From an uncultured bacterium (GTDB lineage: Bacteria > Oederibacteriota > PGYV01 > CAWJRG01), in NCBI GenBank assembly GCA_963845185.1, contig CAWJRG010000009.1:512001-576000 (forward strand): 64,000 nt of DNA, in the 5' to 3' direction. Below the pieces are notes generated by a model. It was given only the letters and a program-made list of their open reading frames with translations, was not told the origin of the DNA and did no database searches. The position numbers and the translations under genes are program-made. Shown in pieces: positions 31,942 to 43,233 of this stretch (positions are counted from its first letter, which is position 1; every line of letters begins with the position of its first letter).

Positions 31942-34900
31942 ATGCCAAAGGCTAGGGCAAAAGAAAAACGAAGCAGAGAAGGGGCGTGTAAAAATAATCT
32001 GATAATATTTTTTATTTTTTACGCAATTATACTAATGCCTTCCATGGCTTTTGCTACGACAACTGTCCAGAACATGGCAGTCTCACCGGGCACTGTATCC
32101 GCAGGCCAGAATGTAACGATAACATTTTCATTTATGAGCACAAATACAGGCTGTAAAATATCATATTTCGCGGCTTTATCAAACCAGTGCGCCCTGCAAA
32201 ACGCGGGTACAGCGGGCCAGTCCATACTTGTTTCAGAATCAGGCATGGATGTATTAAACACAAGCGTTAACGGCGGCAGGACCAGCCTGTGCAACGGGGA
32301 CAATACCTATCACGCTACAACAGAAACCACGTGCGGCATGGAAACAGGCGGGGGGCCTATTTACATGACCGTGCCGTCAAGCTGGGCAAACGGCACATAT
32401 TACGCGATAGTTGCGGTCAGGGACTGCAATATATACATGAACCCGGCATGCTGCTCAAATATGGACAACCAGTATTGCGTGTCATTTAATGTGGGTGTGG
32501 CGGGTTCGCCGACAAATACGCCCTTGCCGACGAGGACAACGACGCCCACGCCCGTGCCTGTCGGGGTTATAGTCAATGTGGCGCAGATAGGTTTTGGCAA
32601 TTCCAGCAGCGTTTCTTTTAATGTTTTATCGCCAACGCAGACAAGCACGCAGCAGTCAAACCCGACTTTTACACGGACCTCAACAATGACAAATACAAAG
32701 ACAAGCACACCATCTTTTACATTTACATGCACAAATACATTCACTCCAACAAACACATTTACCGTAACAGGCACAAATACGCCGCAGAACACGGTTACAT
32801 TAACCGCTACAGGCACAAGCACGGCATTGCCTACAGCTACAAATACGGCAACGCCTACACTTTCGGCGACAAGGACAAATACTGTGACCCCGACATATAC
32901 GGCTACGGCGACAAATTCGCAATTGCCTACAGCTACGCGCACAAATACACCGACATATACAGTTACCTTAACGTGGACAAGCACGTTGCAGAACACGGTT
33001 ACATTAACCGCTACAGGCACAAGCACGCCATTGCCTACAGCTACAAATACGGCAACACCTACACTGTCAGCGACAAGGACAAATACTGTTACGCCTACAT
33101 TTACCAGTACAACTACCGTGACTTATACAAATACCCTGACATGGACAAACACGCCACAAAATACAGCAACATTAACAGCTACAGGAACAAATACGTTATT
33201 GCCGACAGGAACAAACACACAATCTCCTTCACCTTCGGCTACGGTGAGCATGACAGCTACGAGGACGAGCACAGCGACAAATACGCCGACATATACAGCC
33301 ACCCTGACATGGACAAACACACCACAGAACACAATAACTTTGACAGCTACAGGAACAAATACACCATCAGCTACAGCTACATTTACAGCAACAAAGACAA
33401 GCACAGCAACAAATACACCGACATATACAGTTACCTTAACGTGGACAAACACACCACAGAACACGGTGACTTTAACCGGGACAGAAACGAATACACCCTC
33501 AGCTACAGCTACATTTACAGCGACAAGAACAAATACATTGACATATACGGCTACGATGACGTGGACCAACACACTGCAGAATACAATAACTTTAACAGTT
33601 ACAGGAACGGATACATCCTCAGTTACGCCTACGTTTACGGTGACAAAAACAAACACTGCATCTAATACACCGACATATACATGTACAATGACAGGCACAA
33701 GTACGGTGACGTTGACATTTACACTGACAAATACGCCTTCATTAACAGTAACAGCAACTTTCACAAGAACAGTTACACCGACATTTACCAGTTCACCTGT
33801 GGTATCACCTACACCCACATTTACGAATATAATATTCACATGGACAATAACGCAAACATTTACCATATCCCCGACAATTACAATGACAAACACGTTATTG
33901 CCCACAGGAACAAACACAGCAACGCCTTCATTAACGGCGACAAGGTCAAATACGGCAACACCAACATTCACTTCGACACCCACGGCAACATATACAGTCA
34001 CCCTGACGTGGACAAACACACCGCAGAACACGGCAACTTTAACTGAGACAAGCACAAATACCCAGCTGCCAACAGGGACAAATACAGCAACGCCTTCATT
34101 AACGGCAACAAGGTCGAGCACGGCAACACCGACTTTAACTGTAACATCTACGGCGACGTATTCAGTCACCCTTACATTGACAAATACGCCGCAGAACACA
34201 GCGACTTTTACAGCAACAGAAACAAACACATCTTCTGCGTCGCCTACATTTACAATGACAAGGACAAATACTGCCACAAATACCCAGACAAACACACCTT
34301 CATTTACAACAACACTGACTTTTACAAGAACAGTTACATTGACATTTACCAGTTCACCCGCGGTATCACCCACACCCACATTTACGAACATAATATTCAC
34401 ATGGACAATAACGCAAACATTTACAATATCCCCGACAATTACCATGACAAACACGCCGATCCCGACAGAAACAAATACAGAGACGCCTACTTTTACAGCA
34501 ACACGGACAAACACAGCAACGATGACTTTAACTACGACATTGACGCAGACATATACAATTACTTTAACGTGGACAAGCACAGCGCTAGATACTGCTACTT
34601 CAACGGAAACAGGCACAAATACAATATTGCCAACATGGACAAGCACAGCGACATTAACGTTCACAGATACAAGGACATACACTGCGACAATTACGCCGAC
34701 ATATTCAGCAACATTGACCTGGACAAACACGCCGCAGAACACAACAACCTTAACTGTTACTGCTACAAATAGCTGCGCCTGTACAGGGACTCCGACTTAT
34801 ACAGCAACTATTTTTACGCCTACAATTACTCCTACATATACAGTGTCATTGACAATTACCCTGACAAACACGCCTTCGCCTACAGCAACATATACAGCTA

Positions 34901-36054
34901 CACCTACGGGAACAAAGACAATAACACCAACATGGAGCCCGACGAATACACCGACACTGATAGATACACCTACATTCACCGGTACAGCAACTGCCACAAT
35001 TACACTTACGTTTACAGGAACATCGACATTTACAGCAACAATTATATACACACTTACCAATACTGAAATTGTATCGGAAACACCGACTTATACAGCCACA
35101 ATTTACACGCCGACAATTTCGCCGACATCTACAATAACACCAACAATAACATTAACGGAATCGCCTTCATTAACAGATACGGCAACGTACACTACAACAG
35201 GAACAAAGACATGGACAAATACACCATTACCTACGCTTACAAATACGCCACAAAACACCGCAACAAGTACAGTCACGCCTACTGTAGGAGCAAATCTTGT
35301 AGCGGCTATTACTGTATCGCCGGGGAGTGCAATGATCGGCCAGGATATAACTGTAATAATGCAAGTAGTAAATACAGGGACAAATGGCGTGGATAACTTA
35401 CAGCCTTCAACGCTGGCTCAAACAGGCGGTGGAACAGCTGTCCTTGTAAGCGGGCCCAGCCCTGCAAGTACTGCAATAGCCTCGGGGACAGCAGGATCAT
35501 TTACGTGGATATATACAGTGACTTCTGTGGCAGGGAACATAACATTCAGCGGCAGTGCAAGCGGCACAGACGCGGTAAACGGCATAATAGTTTCAACTTC
35601 ATCAGTGTCGAGTAATCCTTTAATATGCGTTACAGCCACAGCAACATTAGCAAATTCGATTACAGTTACCATAACGGCGACAAATACAATAACGCCGAGT
35701 ATTACGGCGACCAATCCAGTGGCGACAGCCAGCTTTACACCGACAAACCAGGTTACTGTTTTGACTGTCACTGCTACTATTGTTATCGCAGAACCGCCAC
35801 GGATATATCCAAACCCGGTGAAAGACAGGTTTAGATATGTATTTACCCTGACAGAAGACGCGGATATAGAAATAACAATATATACAGCGGCATACAGGCT
35901 GATAGCAAAATTTGACCAGAGACAGAGCGCAGGGTTAAACACTATTGTAATAGACACACAAGGTATGGCAAACGGAACATATTTTATCGTATATAAGCAA
36001 AAAGGGCAGACAACAAATACCAGAAGAATTGATAAATTTATTGTTTTAAAATAA
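31942..36054 (+). CDS. Secreted non-catalytic stalk protein: Cys-rich N domain, orphan DUF11-like terminal strand, ~880-aa Thr-rich region, Ig-like module, YPNP tail
   Basis: ATG 1 nt after the GH5 stop, preceded by GGAG; signal peptide ending AFA; internal duplications (~33760-33890 vs ~34320-34450); tail IYPNP...NGTYF...KFIVLK. Confidence 0.85.
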   Translation: MPKARAKEKRSREGACKNNLIIFFIFYAIILMPSMAFATTTVQNMAVSPGTVSAGQNVTITFSFMSTNTGCKISYFAALSNQCALQNAGTAGQSILVSESGMDVLNTSVNGGRTSLCNGDNTYHATTETTCGMETGGGPIYMTVPSSWANGTYYAIVAVRDCNIYMNPACCSNMDNQYCVSFNVGVAGSPTNTPLPTRTTTPTPVPVGVIVNVAQIGFGNSSSVSFNVLSPTQTSTQQSNPTFTRTSTMTNTKTSTPSFTFTCTNTFTPTNTFTVTGTNTPQNTVTLTATGTSTALPTATNTATPTLSATRTNTVTPTYTATATNSQLPTATRTNTPTYTVTLTWTSTLQNTVTLTATGTSTPLPTATNTATPTLSATRTNTVTPTFTSTTTVTYTNTLTWTNTPQNTATLTATGTNTLLPTGTNTQSPSPSATVSMTATRTSTATNTPTYTATLTWTNTPQNTITLTATGTNTPSATATFTATKTSTATNTPTYTVTLTWTNTPQNTVTLTGTETNTPSATATFTATRTNTLTYTATMTWTNTLQNTITLTVTGTDTSSVTPTFTVTKTNTASNTPTYTCTMTGTSTVTLTFTLTNTPSLTVTATFTRTVTPTFTSSPVVSPTPTFTNIIFTWTITQTFTISPTITMTNTLLPTGTNTATPSLTATRSNTATPTFTSTPTATYTVTLTWTNTPQNTATLTETSTNTQLPTGTNTATPSLTATRSSTATPTLTVTSTATYSVTLTLTNTPQNTATFTATETNTSSASPTFTMTRTNTATNTQTNTPSFTTTLTFTRTVTLTFTSSPAVSPTPTFTNIIFTWTITQTFTISPTITMTNTPIPTETNTETPTFTATRTNTATMTLTTTLTQTYTITLTWTSTALDTATSTETGTNTILPTWTSTATLTFTDTRTYTATITPTYSATLTWTNTPQNTTTLTVTATNSCACTGTPTYTATIFTPTITPTYTVSLTITLTNTPSPTATYTATPTGTKTITPTWSPTNTPTLIDTPTFTGTATATITLTFTGTSTFTATIIYTLTNTEIVSETPTYTATIYTPTISPTSTITPTITLTESPSLTDTATYTTTGTKTWTNTPLPTLTNTPQNTATSTVTPTVGANLVAAITVSPGSAMIGQDITVIMQVVNTGTNGVDNLQPSTLAQTGGGTAVLVSGPSPASTAIASGTAGSFTWIYTVTSVAGNITFSGSASGTDAVNGIIVSTSSVSSNPLICVTATATLANSITVTITATNTITPSITATNPVATASFTPTNQVTVLTVTATIVIAEPPRIYPNPVKDRFRYVFTLTEDADIEITIYTAAYRLIAKFDQRQSAGLNTIVIDTQGMANGTYFIVYKQKGQTTNTRRIDKFIVLK

Positions 36055-36068
36055 CACACTAAAAATAA

Positions 36069-36148
36069 TTGACAAAATCGCAGAATAGTGTAAAATTTCA
36101 CATAACCAAAATCCAAAGCAGGGAACGGCGACAAAAAGTGCCGTTCCC
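36069..36148 (+). promoter_or_regulatory. gap operon promoter and leader hairpin (the hairpin may also terminate the upstream gene)
   Basis: TTGACA-16-TAAAAT; GGGAACGGC...GCCGTTCCC at 36121-36148. Confidence 0.55.
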
Positions 36149-36160
36149 GCAATTATTTAA

Positions 36161-37204
<1,044 letters not shown>

Positions 37205-37271
37205 TTAAAAAAGTGTTTTAGGTTTTTAATCATAGAGATATTTATTAAGATAATTAACGGAGGTAATTTTT

Positions 37272-38498
37272 ATGGCTAAGTTAACCATTGAAGATTTGGG
37301 AAACAGCGGAGAACTGACAGGCAAAAGAGTATTGATGCGCGTTGATTTCAACGTGCCTCTTGACGAGAAACGCAACATAACTTCTGACAAGAGGATAACA
37401 GCGTCTTTGCCGTCCATAAAATATGTAATCGAAAAAAAGGGCAGGCTTATCCTGATGTCCCATCTCGGCAGGCCAAAAGGCAAGAAAGCCCCTGAATTCT
37501 CGCTTGACGTGGTGGCTAAAAAATTGTCCGAACTGCTCGGAAAAGAAGTAAAGTTTGCGCCTGACTGCATAGGGCCTGAAGTGAAAAAAATGGCGGATTC
37601 TTTAAAGGACGGCGACGTGATGCTGCTTGAAAACCTCAGGTTTTACAAGGAAGAGGAAGGCAATGACCCGGAGTTCGCGAAAAAACTCGCGGAACTCGGA
37701 GAAGTCTATATAAACGACGCATTCGGCACGGCACACAGGGCGCATGCGTCCACCGAGGGCGTGTGCAAGTACATGAAAAAATGCGCGGCAGGCTTTTTGA
37801 TGCAGAAAGAACTGCAGTTCCTCGGCCAGATACTGACAAACCCGGCAAGGCCTTTTCTGGCAATACTCGGCGGGGCAAAAGTAAGCGATAAAATAATGGT
37901 TATAGAAAACCTTCTTAACAAGGTAAACTCCCTGATAATAGGCGGAGGAATGGCGTACACGTTTCTGAAAGCCCAGTCAAAAGAAATAGGCAATTCACTT
38001 TGCGAAAACGACAAGATTGACACGGCAAAGGATATAATTAAAAAGGCGCTGGACAAGGATGTTGCTATTTACCTTCCTATAGATCATATAGTGGCTAAAA
38101 GGCCTGCCGGCATACCGGATTTTATAGAATCCCTGAAAAAAGCCGAATACAAAGAGGTAATGAGGGATACCATAGACGAAGGATGGGAAGGTGTTGACAT
38201 AGGGCCAATGACAATAGAAAAATTCAAAAATGTCATAAAGAAATCTAAAACAATATTCTGGAACGGGCCTATGGGAGTATTTGAAGTCGAGCAGTTTGCA
38301 AAAGGCACACTTGAAATAGGAAAGGCAATGGCTGAGTCAGGCGCGGTTACCGTGGTAGGCGGCGGAGATTCGGCGTCTGCCTTAAAAAAGCTTAAACTTA
38401 CGGATAAAATGACTCATGTATCTACTGGAGGAGGCGCTTCGATGGAATTTATGGAAGGAAAAGAGCTTCCAGGTGTGGCAGCGCTGACTAATAAATAA
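37272..38498 (+). CDS. pgk: Phosphoglycerate kinase
   Basis: RVDFNVP, SHLGRP, LENLRF, STGGGA. Confidence 0.98.
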   Translation: MAKLTIEDLGNSGELTGKRVLMRVDFNVPLDEKRNITSDKRITASLPSIKYVIEKKGRLILMSHLGRPKGKKAPEFSLDVVAKKLSELLGKEVKFAPDCIGPEVKKMADSLKDGDVMLLENLRFYKEEEGNDPEFAKKLAELGEVYINDAFGTAHRAHASTEGVCKYMKKCAAGFLMQKELQFLGQILTNPARPFLAILGGAKVSDKIMVIENLLNKVNSLIIGGGMAYTFLKAQSKEIGNSLCENDKIDTAKDIIKKALDKDVAIYLPIDHIVAKRPAGIPDFIESLKKAEYKEVMRDTIDEGWEGVDIGPMTIEKFKNVIKKSKTIFWNGPMGVFEVEQFAKGTLEIGKAMAESGAVTVVGGGDSASALKKLKLTDKMTHVSTGGGASMEFMEGKELPGVAALTNK

Positions 38499-38570
38499 AT
38501 TTGTATTGGTCTCTGACTGTAAATTTTGATAAAATTTTTTAGCAGATAGACAAATAATAGGAGGTTTAAT

Positions 38571-39332
38571 TTGCGGATTCCTTTAATAGCCGGTAACTGG
38601 AAAATGTATAAGACAATAGATGAAGCTGTGGAGCTGATAAAGACCTTAAAAACGGTTTTAAAAGACGTTCCGCCACAGCAGGTTGAGATAGCTGTTTGCC
38701 CTCCTTTTGTTGATTTACAGGCAGTGGCAGCGCTTGTCGAAGGCACGAATATAATACTTGGAGCACAAAATATGTACGCTGCACAGGAAGGTGCATTTAC
38801 AGGTGAAATATCGCCATTAATGCTCCGCGAAGTCGGGTGTGAATATGTTATAATAGGGCATTCGGAAAGAAGGACTTATTTCAAGGAAACAAATGAGGAT
38901 GTAAATAAAAAAGTAAAAATTGCGATAGAGCACGGCTTGAAGCCTATTATGTGTGTCGGAGAAACCCTTCAGGAAAGGGAAAAAGGCGTCACAAACGACG
39001 TTGTAAAAGACCATGTTCTGGGAGGGCTTAAGGACATACCAAAAGAAAAAGCGCAGGGTATAGTCATAGCATATGAACCTGTATGGGCCATTGGTACAGG
39101 CAAAACAGCCACGCCCGAACAGGCGCAGGAAGTCCATAAATATATCAGGGGCTTGCTTGCAGGTTTATACGATGATAAAACTGCTGAGATAATGCGGATA
39201 CAATACGGCGGAAGCGTAAAGCCGAACAATGCAAAGACATTGATGGCACAGCCGGATATTGACGGCGCGCTTGTGGGCGGAGCATCCCTCGATGCAGGTT
39301 CGTTTGAACAGATTATAAAATTCTATAAATGA
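38571..39332 (+). CDS. tpiA: Triosephosphate isomerase
   Basis: AGNWK, GHSERR, AYEPVWAIGTG, YGGSV; TTG start after AGGAGG. Confidence 0.98.
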   Translation: MRIPLIAGNWKMYKTIDEAVELIKTLKTVLKDVPPQQVEIAVCPPFVDLQAVAALVEGTNIILGAQNMYAAQEGAFTGEISPLMLREVGCEYVIIGHSERRTYFKETNEDVNKKVKIAIEHGLKPIMCVGETLQEREKGVTNDVVKDHVLGGLKDIPKEKAQGIVIAYEPVWAIGTGKTATPEQAQEVHKYIRGLLAGLYDDKTAEIMRIQYGGSVKPNNAKTLMAQPDIDGALVGGASLDAGSFEQIIKFYK

Positions 39333-39543
39333 TTTCGCACGGATGATTTAGAAAATATCCATGCAATCATACCGCTTGTCTGGGTAGTTTTTATATTAAA
39401 TGAATTATGGATACTATCCGTCAAATAATCCACCGGATTATTTAACTGACCGCTCGGGACTTGAGCGGGTATAAGAGTCCGTAAAATTTTGTCCTTGCTG
39501 TTGACGCTCGACAAAATCAACGGACTCTAAAAGAGGTGAGAAT

Positions 39544-40020
39544 ATGCTTTATTCAATAGTATGGTTTTTACACGTAGTAATCACATTTCTTCTTATAATC
39601 GTCGTTCTGTTGCAGACAGGTAAAGGTTCTGAAATAGGTTTTGCCCTTGGTGCAGGCACTGCACAGACAATGTTTGGCGCAAGCGGGGGCAGGACATTCA
39701 TAACAAAGTTTACCGTAATTCTCGCAGTTTCCTTTATGTGCACTTCGATATTCCTGGCCATATACCAGTCAAAAAGTCTGGAAGGGTATCATGGTGTTAT
39801 TAAGCCTGTAAAAAGCTCGGGAATGCCCGAAGCTCCAGGAGCCCAACAGCAGGCACCGGCATCGAATGAACAGGGAAATGCAAATGAAATGGCAGTCCCA
39901 AATAATAAAGAAGGCGGAAAATCCCAGGCAAATTCACAGCCTGCGCCCGCGAATAAACCAGTAGTTCCGTCCGGTCAGAATTCAGGGTCAAATCCGCAAC
40001 TGCCGGTGGAAGGAAAGTAA
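39544..40020 (+). CDS. secG: Preprotein translocase subunit SecG with long disordered tail
   Basis: Two TM segments, VLLQTGKG, FG...G.TF.TK.T; usual position after tpiA. Confidence 0.92.
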   Translation: MLYSIVWFLHVVITFLLIIVVLLQTGKGSEIGFALGAGTAQTMFGASGGRTFITKFTVILAVSFMCTSIFLAIYQSKSLEGYHGVIKPVKSSGMPEAPGAQQQAPASNEQGNANEMAVPNNKEGGKSQANSQPAPANKPVVPSGQNSGSNPQLPVEGK

Positions 40021-40103
40021 TTTAAAGTATTTTGTATCCGTGTTTAACTTTTAGCAGGCTTGCTTTTGGCACATTTCTATAATTCAAAATATCAAGGGGT
40101 ATT

Positions 40104-41732
40104 ATGAAAAAAACTTCAATTCTGATTTTATCGCTGCTTATAATATTAATCTTTTATTCCTGCAATCAAAAACCAAAATATATCATGAAAAAAGACTATG
40201 TTGACAAACCGGCATATGGCGATATGCTGGTTGATTCAACTTCAAGCGACCCGATAGCGTTAAATCCTGTACTTGCCTCTGATTCAGCATCTTTTGCAGT
40301 TATAGACATGATTTTTAATGGTCTTGCCAAGTATGATAAGGATTTGAACCTCGTCGGCGATTTGGCCAGCAAATGGATAATTTCGCCTGACGGTAAAATG
40401 ATCACTTTTTACTTAAAAAAAGGCGTGAAATGGCAAGATGGAGTTGAATTTACTGCTGAAGACGTAAAATTCACTTATGAAAAATTTGTTGATCCCAAGA
40501 TTAAGACCGCATATAGCAGCATGTTTCAAATGGTAGATAAGGTTGAAATTATTGATAAATATAAATTTAAAGTATTTTATAAGGAGCCTTTTGCGCCAGC
40601 TCTTGAAACATGGGGAATATCCATATTGCCCAAGCACCTTTTAAGTGGCAAGGATTTTAATACTGCTGAATTCAATAGAAATCCTGTAGGAACAGGCCCT
40701 TATAAGTTTAAAAAATGGATTACAGCCCAAAAAGTTGAACTTGTTGCCAATAAAGAGTATTTTGAAGGAGAACCATATATACAAAACCATACTTTTATGA
40801 TAATACCTGACGAATCAGCCCAGTTCATGAACCTTCAAGCAGGCAATATTGATTTTATGGGATTAACACCAGACCTTTATTTTACAAAAGCAGCGACAAA
40901 AGAGCTAGAGCAAAGCTTTAACAAATACAATTATCCATCATTTTCATACACTTATATCGGATATAATGAAACTAATCCTTTATTTACAAGTAAAAATGTG
41001 AGGCAGGCATTATCATATGCTATTAATAAAGATGAGATTATAAAAGGTGTCAGGAGAGGCCTTGCTATGCCTATTACAGGTCCTTTTATACCTGGTTCCT
41101 GGGCTTATAATACAAAAGTCAAGAGTTATGACTATGATCCTGAAAAAGCAAAGAAAATGCTTGAAAAAGAGGGTTGGAAACAGGAAAAAGACGGTTTTCT
41201 TTATAAAGACGGCAAAAAGTTCTCTTTTACACTTATGACAAATCAGGGAGTGAACGAAAGAATGCAGATTGCCACTATAGTCCAGCAGCAATTTGCCAAA
41301 CTGGGAATAGAGGTTAACATTAGGGTTATTGCCTGGAACGTTTTTATACCTGAATATATAGACAAAAAAAAATTTGAAGCAGTAGTAATGGGCTGGCAAT
41401 TATCGCGAGACCCCGACTGCTATGATATATGGCATTCATCAAAAACAAAAGAAGGCGAGTTTAATTTTATATCCTATAAAAATCCTGAGGTGGATAAGCT
41501 GCTTGTTCGGGGCAGAACAACCTATGACAAAAGCAAAAGAAGAGCTATTTACCATGAAATACATAAACTTATAGCAGAGGATTGCCCATATACATTTTTA
41601 TACACGCCATATGAACTGCCCATTATTCATAAAAGGTTTCACGGCATAGCACCGGCTCCTGCAGGAATTGGATATAATTTTATAAAATGGTATGTGCCGG
41701 CTGAAATACAAAAATATGAAATGATGCGATAA
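40104..41732 (+). CDS. ABC transporter substrate-binding lipoprotein, family 5 (peptide/AppA-like)
   Basis: Lipobox-like YSC, KWQDG.EFTAEDVKFTY, PVGTGPYKF. Confidence 0.92.
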   Translation: MKKTSILILSLLIILIFYSCNQKPKYIMKKDYVDKPAYGDMLVDSTSSDPIALNPVLASDSASFAVIDMIFNGLAKYDKDLNLVGDLASKWIISPDGKMITFYLKKGVKWQDGVEFTAEDVKFTYEKFVDPKIKTAYSSMFQMVDKVEIIDKYKFKVFYKEPFAPALETWGISILPKHLLSGKDFNTAEFNRNPVGTGPYKFKKWITAQKVELVANKEYFEGEPYIQNHTFMIIPDESAQFMNLQAGNIDFMGLTPDLYFTKAATKELEQSFNKYNYPSFSYTYIGYNETNPLFTSKNVRQALSYAINKDEIIKGVRRGLAMPITGPFIPGSWAYNTKVKSYDYDPEKAKKMLEKEGWKQEKDGFLYKDGKKFSFTLMTNQGVNERMQIATIVQQQFAKLGIEVNIRVIAWNVFIPEYIDKKKFEAVVMGWQLSRDPDCYDIWHSSKTKEGEFNFISYKNPEVDKLLVRGRTTYDKSKRRAIYHEIHKLIAEDCPYTFLYTPYELPIIHKRFHGIAPAPAGIGYNFIKWYVPAEIQKYEMMR

Positions 41733-41821
41733 TTAAAAAAATAACCTTCTATTTCGGGGAGATAGGCACTAATATCCCGTTTGAAAAGCTTAATTTTTAA
41801 ATTGTTTACTGGAGGTGAGGT

Positions 41822-43057
41822 GTGAAAAGGGCAGGTTACAGGCAGTCAAATACACGCTTAACATCTGCTTGTGCGTGTGCAATGGCTGTTCTTGCTATTG
41901 TTTTATGCCTTTTTAAAAATTCTATGGCTGAAAACCAAAAAATTAGACTTGTCTGGCAGAGGCCGGTTGTGCCGTCGCAATATTCCGAAGCCTGCATGGC
42001 AATACATGACAATGAAATTTATTGTAATAATGCACGATTAAGCATTAAAACAGGAAATATAAAACATATCTTTCGCACGGAAACCATGCTGGGGGCAGGT
42101 ATAGAAATCATTGGTTTCGCCGCGGGGACAATCATATTTGCTGCAAAGAATTACTTTGATGAGGAGGAAGAAAACCCAGGTTGTGAATTTTCTTGGCACG
42201 CATTTGATTTAAGAACAAACAGATTGCTGTGGACAACCGCAAATGCAATAACCGGTCATTTTTTCAATGTCCGCACGAAAACACGGCCGGATGCAATACT
42301 TGCGGTATGCGGCGATACCGCGCTTCTCGTAAAGGGAGATGAACAGGAGCAACTGGAGGCACTGAACGCAAGAACGGGAAAAACAATCTGGCTAAAGCAT
42401 GATATGGCCGTATATGATATGGTTGCGGAAAATGACCGTGTTTTCATAACAACAAATGACAATAAAGCAATTGCGTTATCATTGGCAGATGGGAAACTTA
42501 TATGGCAAGCAAAACTGCTTGGAGACCGGATAGAAAAAATATCGCTCGGCAAAAAGCTGATATATATACCTTGCAGCAGGTCTGAAAACGAAGAAAGCCT
42601 GCTGACGGCTCTGGACAAGGAGACAGGCAAGCAGGTCTGGAAAAAAACATTTTCGAAAACAAACCTGTTTCCGGCAGCAGTATCCGATGATATGCTATGC
42701 ATAACAGAGCAGCCGGTTGCCGACTTTAAACCGGGCAGTTTTCTTGCCCTGGACGCTGTCAACGGACAAGAAAAATGGAAATACGAAATAACCGCGGATT
42801 ATAACGGGCATGATTTTCAGCCAGTTATAACGGAAGATAAGGTTATAATATGGTCGGGGGATCCTGAATATATGAGGAAAAACGGCTCAAGCGGCGATAT
42901 CAGCATGCTGTGCCTGAACCGTTATGACGGGAAATTGATATGGAAATACAAGCCGCCTGAAAAGGAAAAATACATATATTCCAGGCTAATTGTTTGTGGA
43001 AAATATATTTTTTTCAACGACACGGAAGATGTATATTGCATAAAATCAGGTATTTGA
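41822..43057 (+). CDS. Secreted PQQ-like beta-propeller repeat protein
   Basis: Repeated ALD..TG...W motifs; hydrophobic N-terminus. Confidence 0.8.
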   Translation: MKRAGYRQSNTRLTSACACAMAVLAIVLCLFKNSMAENQKIRLVWQRPVVPSQYSEACMAIHDNEIYCNNARLSIKTGNIKHIFRTETMLGAGIEIIGFAAGTIIFAAKNYFDEEEENPGCEFSWHAFDLRTNRLLWTTANAITGHFFNVRTKTRPDAILAVCGDTALLVKGDEQEQLEALNARTGKTIWLKHDMAVYDMVAENDRVFITTNDNKAIALSLADGKLIWQAKLLGDRIEKISLGKKLIYIPCSRSENEESLLTALDKETGKQVWKKTFSKTNLFPAAVSDDMLCITEQPVADFKPGSFLALDAVNGQEKWKYEITADYNGHDFQPVITEDKVIIWSGDPEYMRKNGSSGDISMLCLNRYDGKLIWKYKPPEKEKYIYSRLIVCGKYIFFNDTEDVYCIKSGI

Positions 43058-43233
43058 TAGGTCAGTGCTGGATGCGGAAGAAATCAGTATTAAGATACGC
43101 AATTAATTTCACCCGTGTATTAAATTATAATTTAAGGCGAGAGGTTTTAAATATATTGCATTTTTTTTTGTTTATTATATAATAACGCGTCATTTCACAT
43201 CTGATTCATTACATAAACACAAGGAGAATATTT

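Noticed and set aside
33123..34742. Long Val-rich minus-strand ORFs (also 3772-4728, 7399-8292, 11349-11969, 32400-33026) and His/Asn/Tyr-rich alternate-frame ORFs
   Set aside because: They are shadows of ACN-rich Thr codons on the + strand, with no independent gene signals
40021..40103. tRNA after secG
   Set aside because: No cloverleaf or T-loop motif here; I recognised no tRNA or rRNA anywhere in the window
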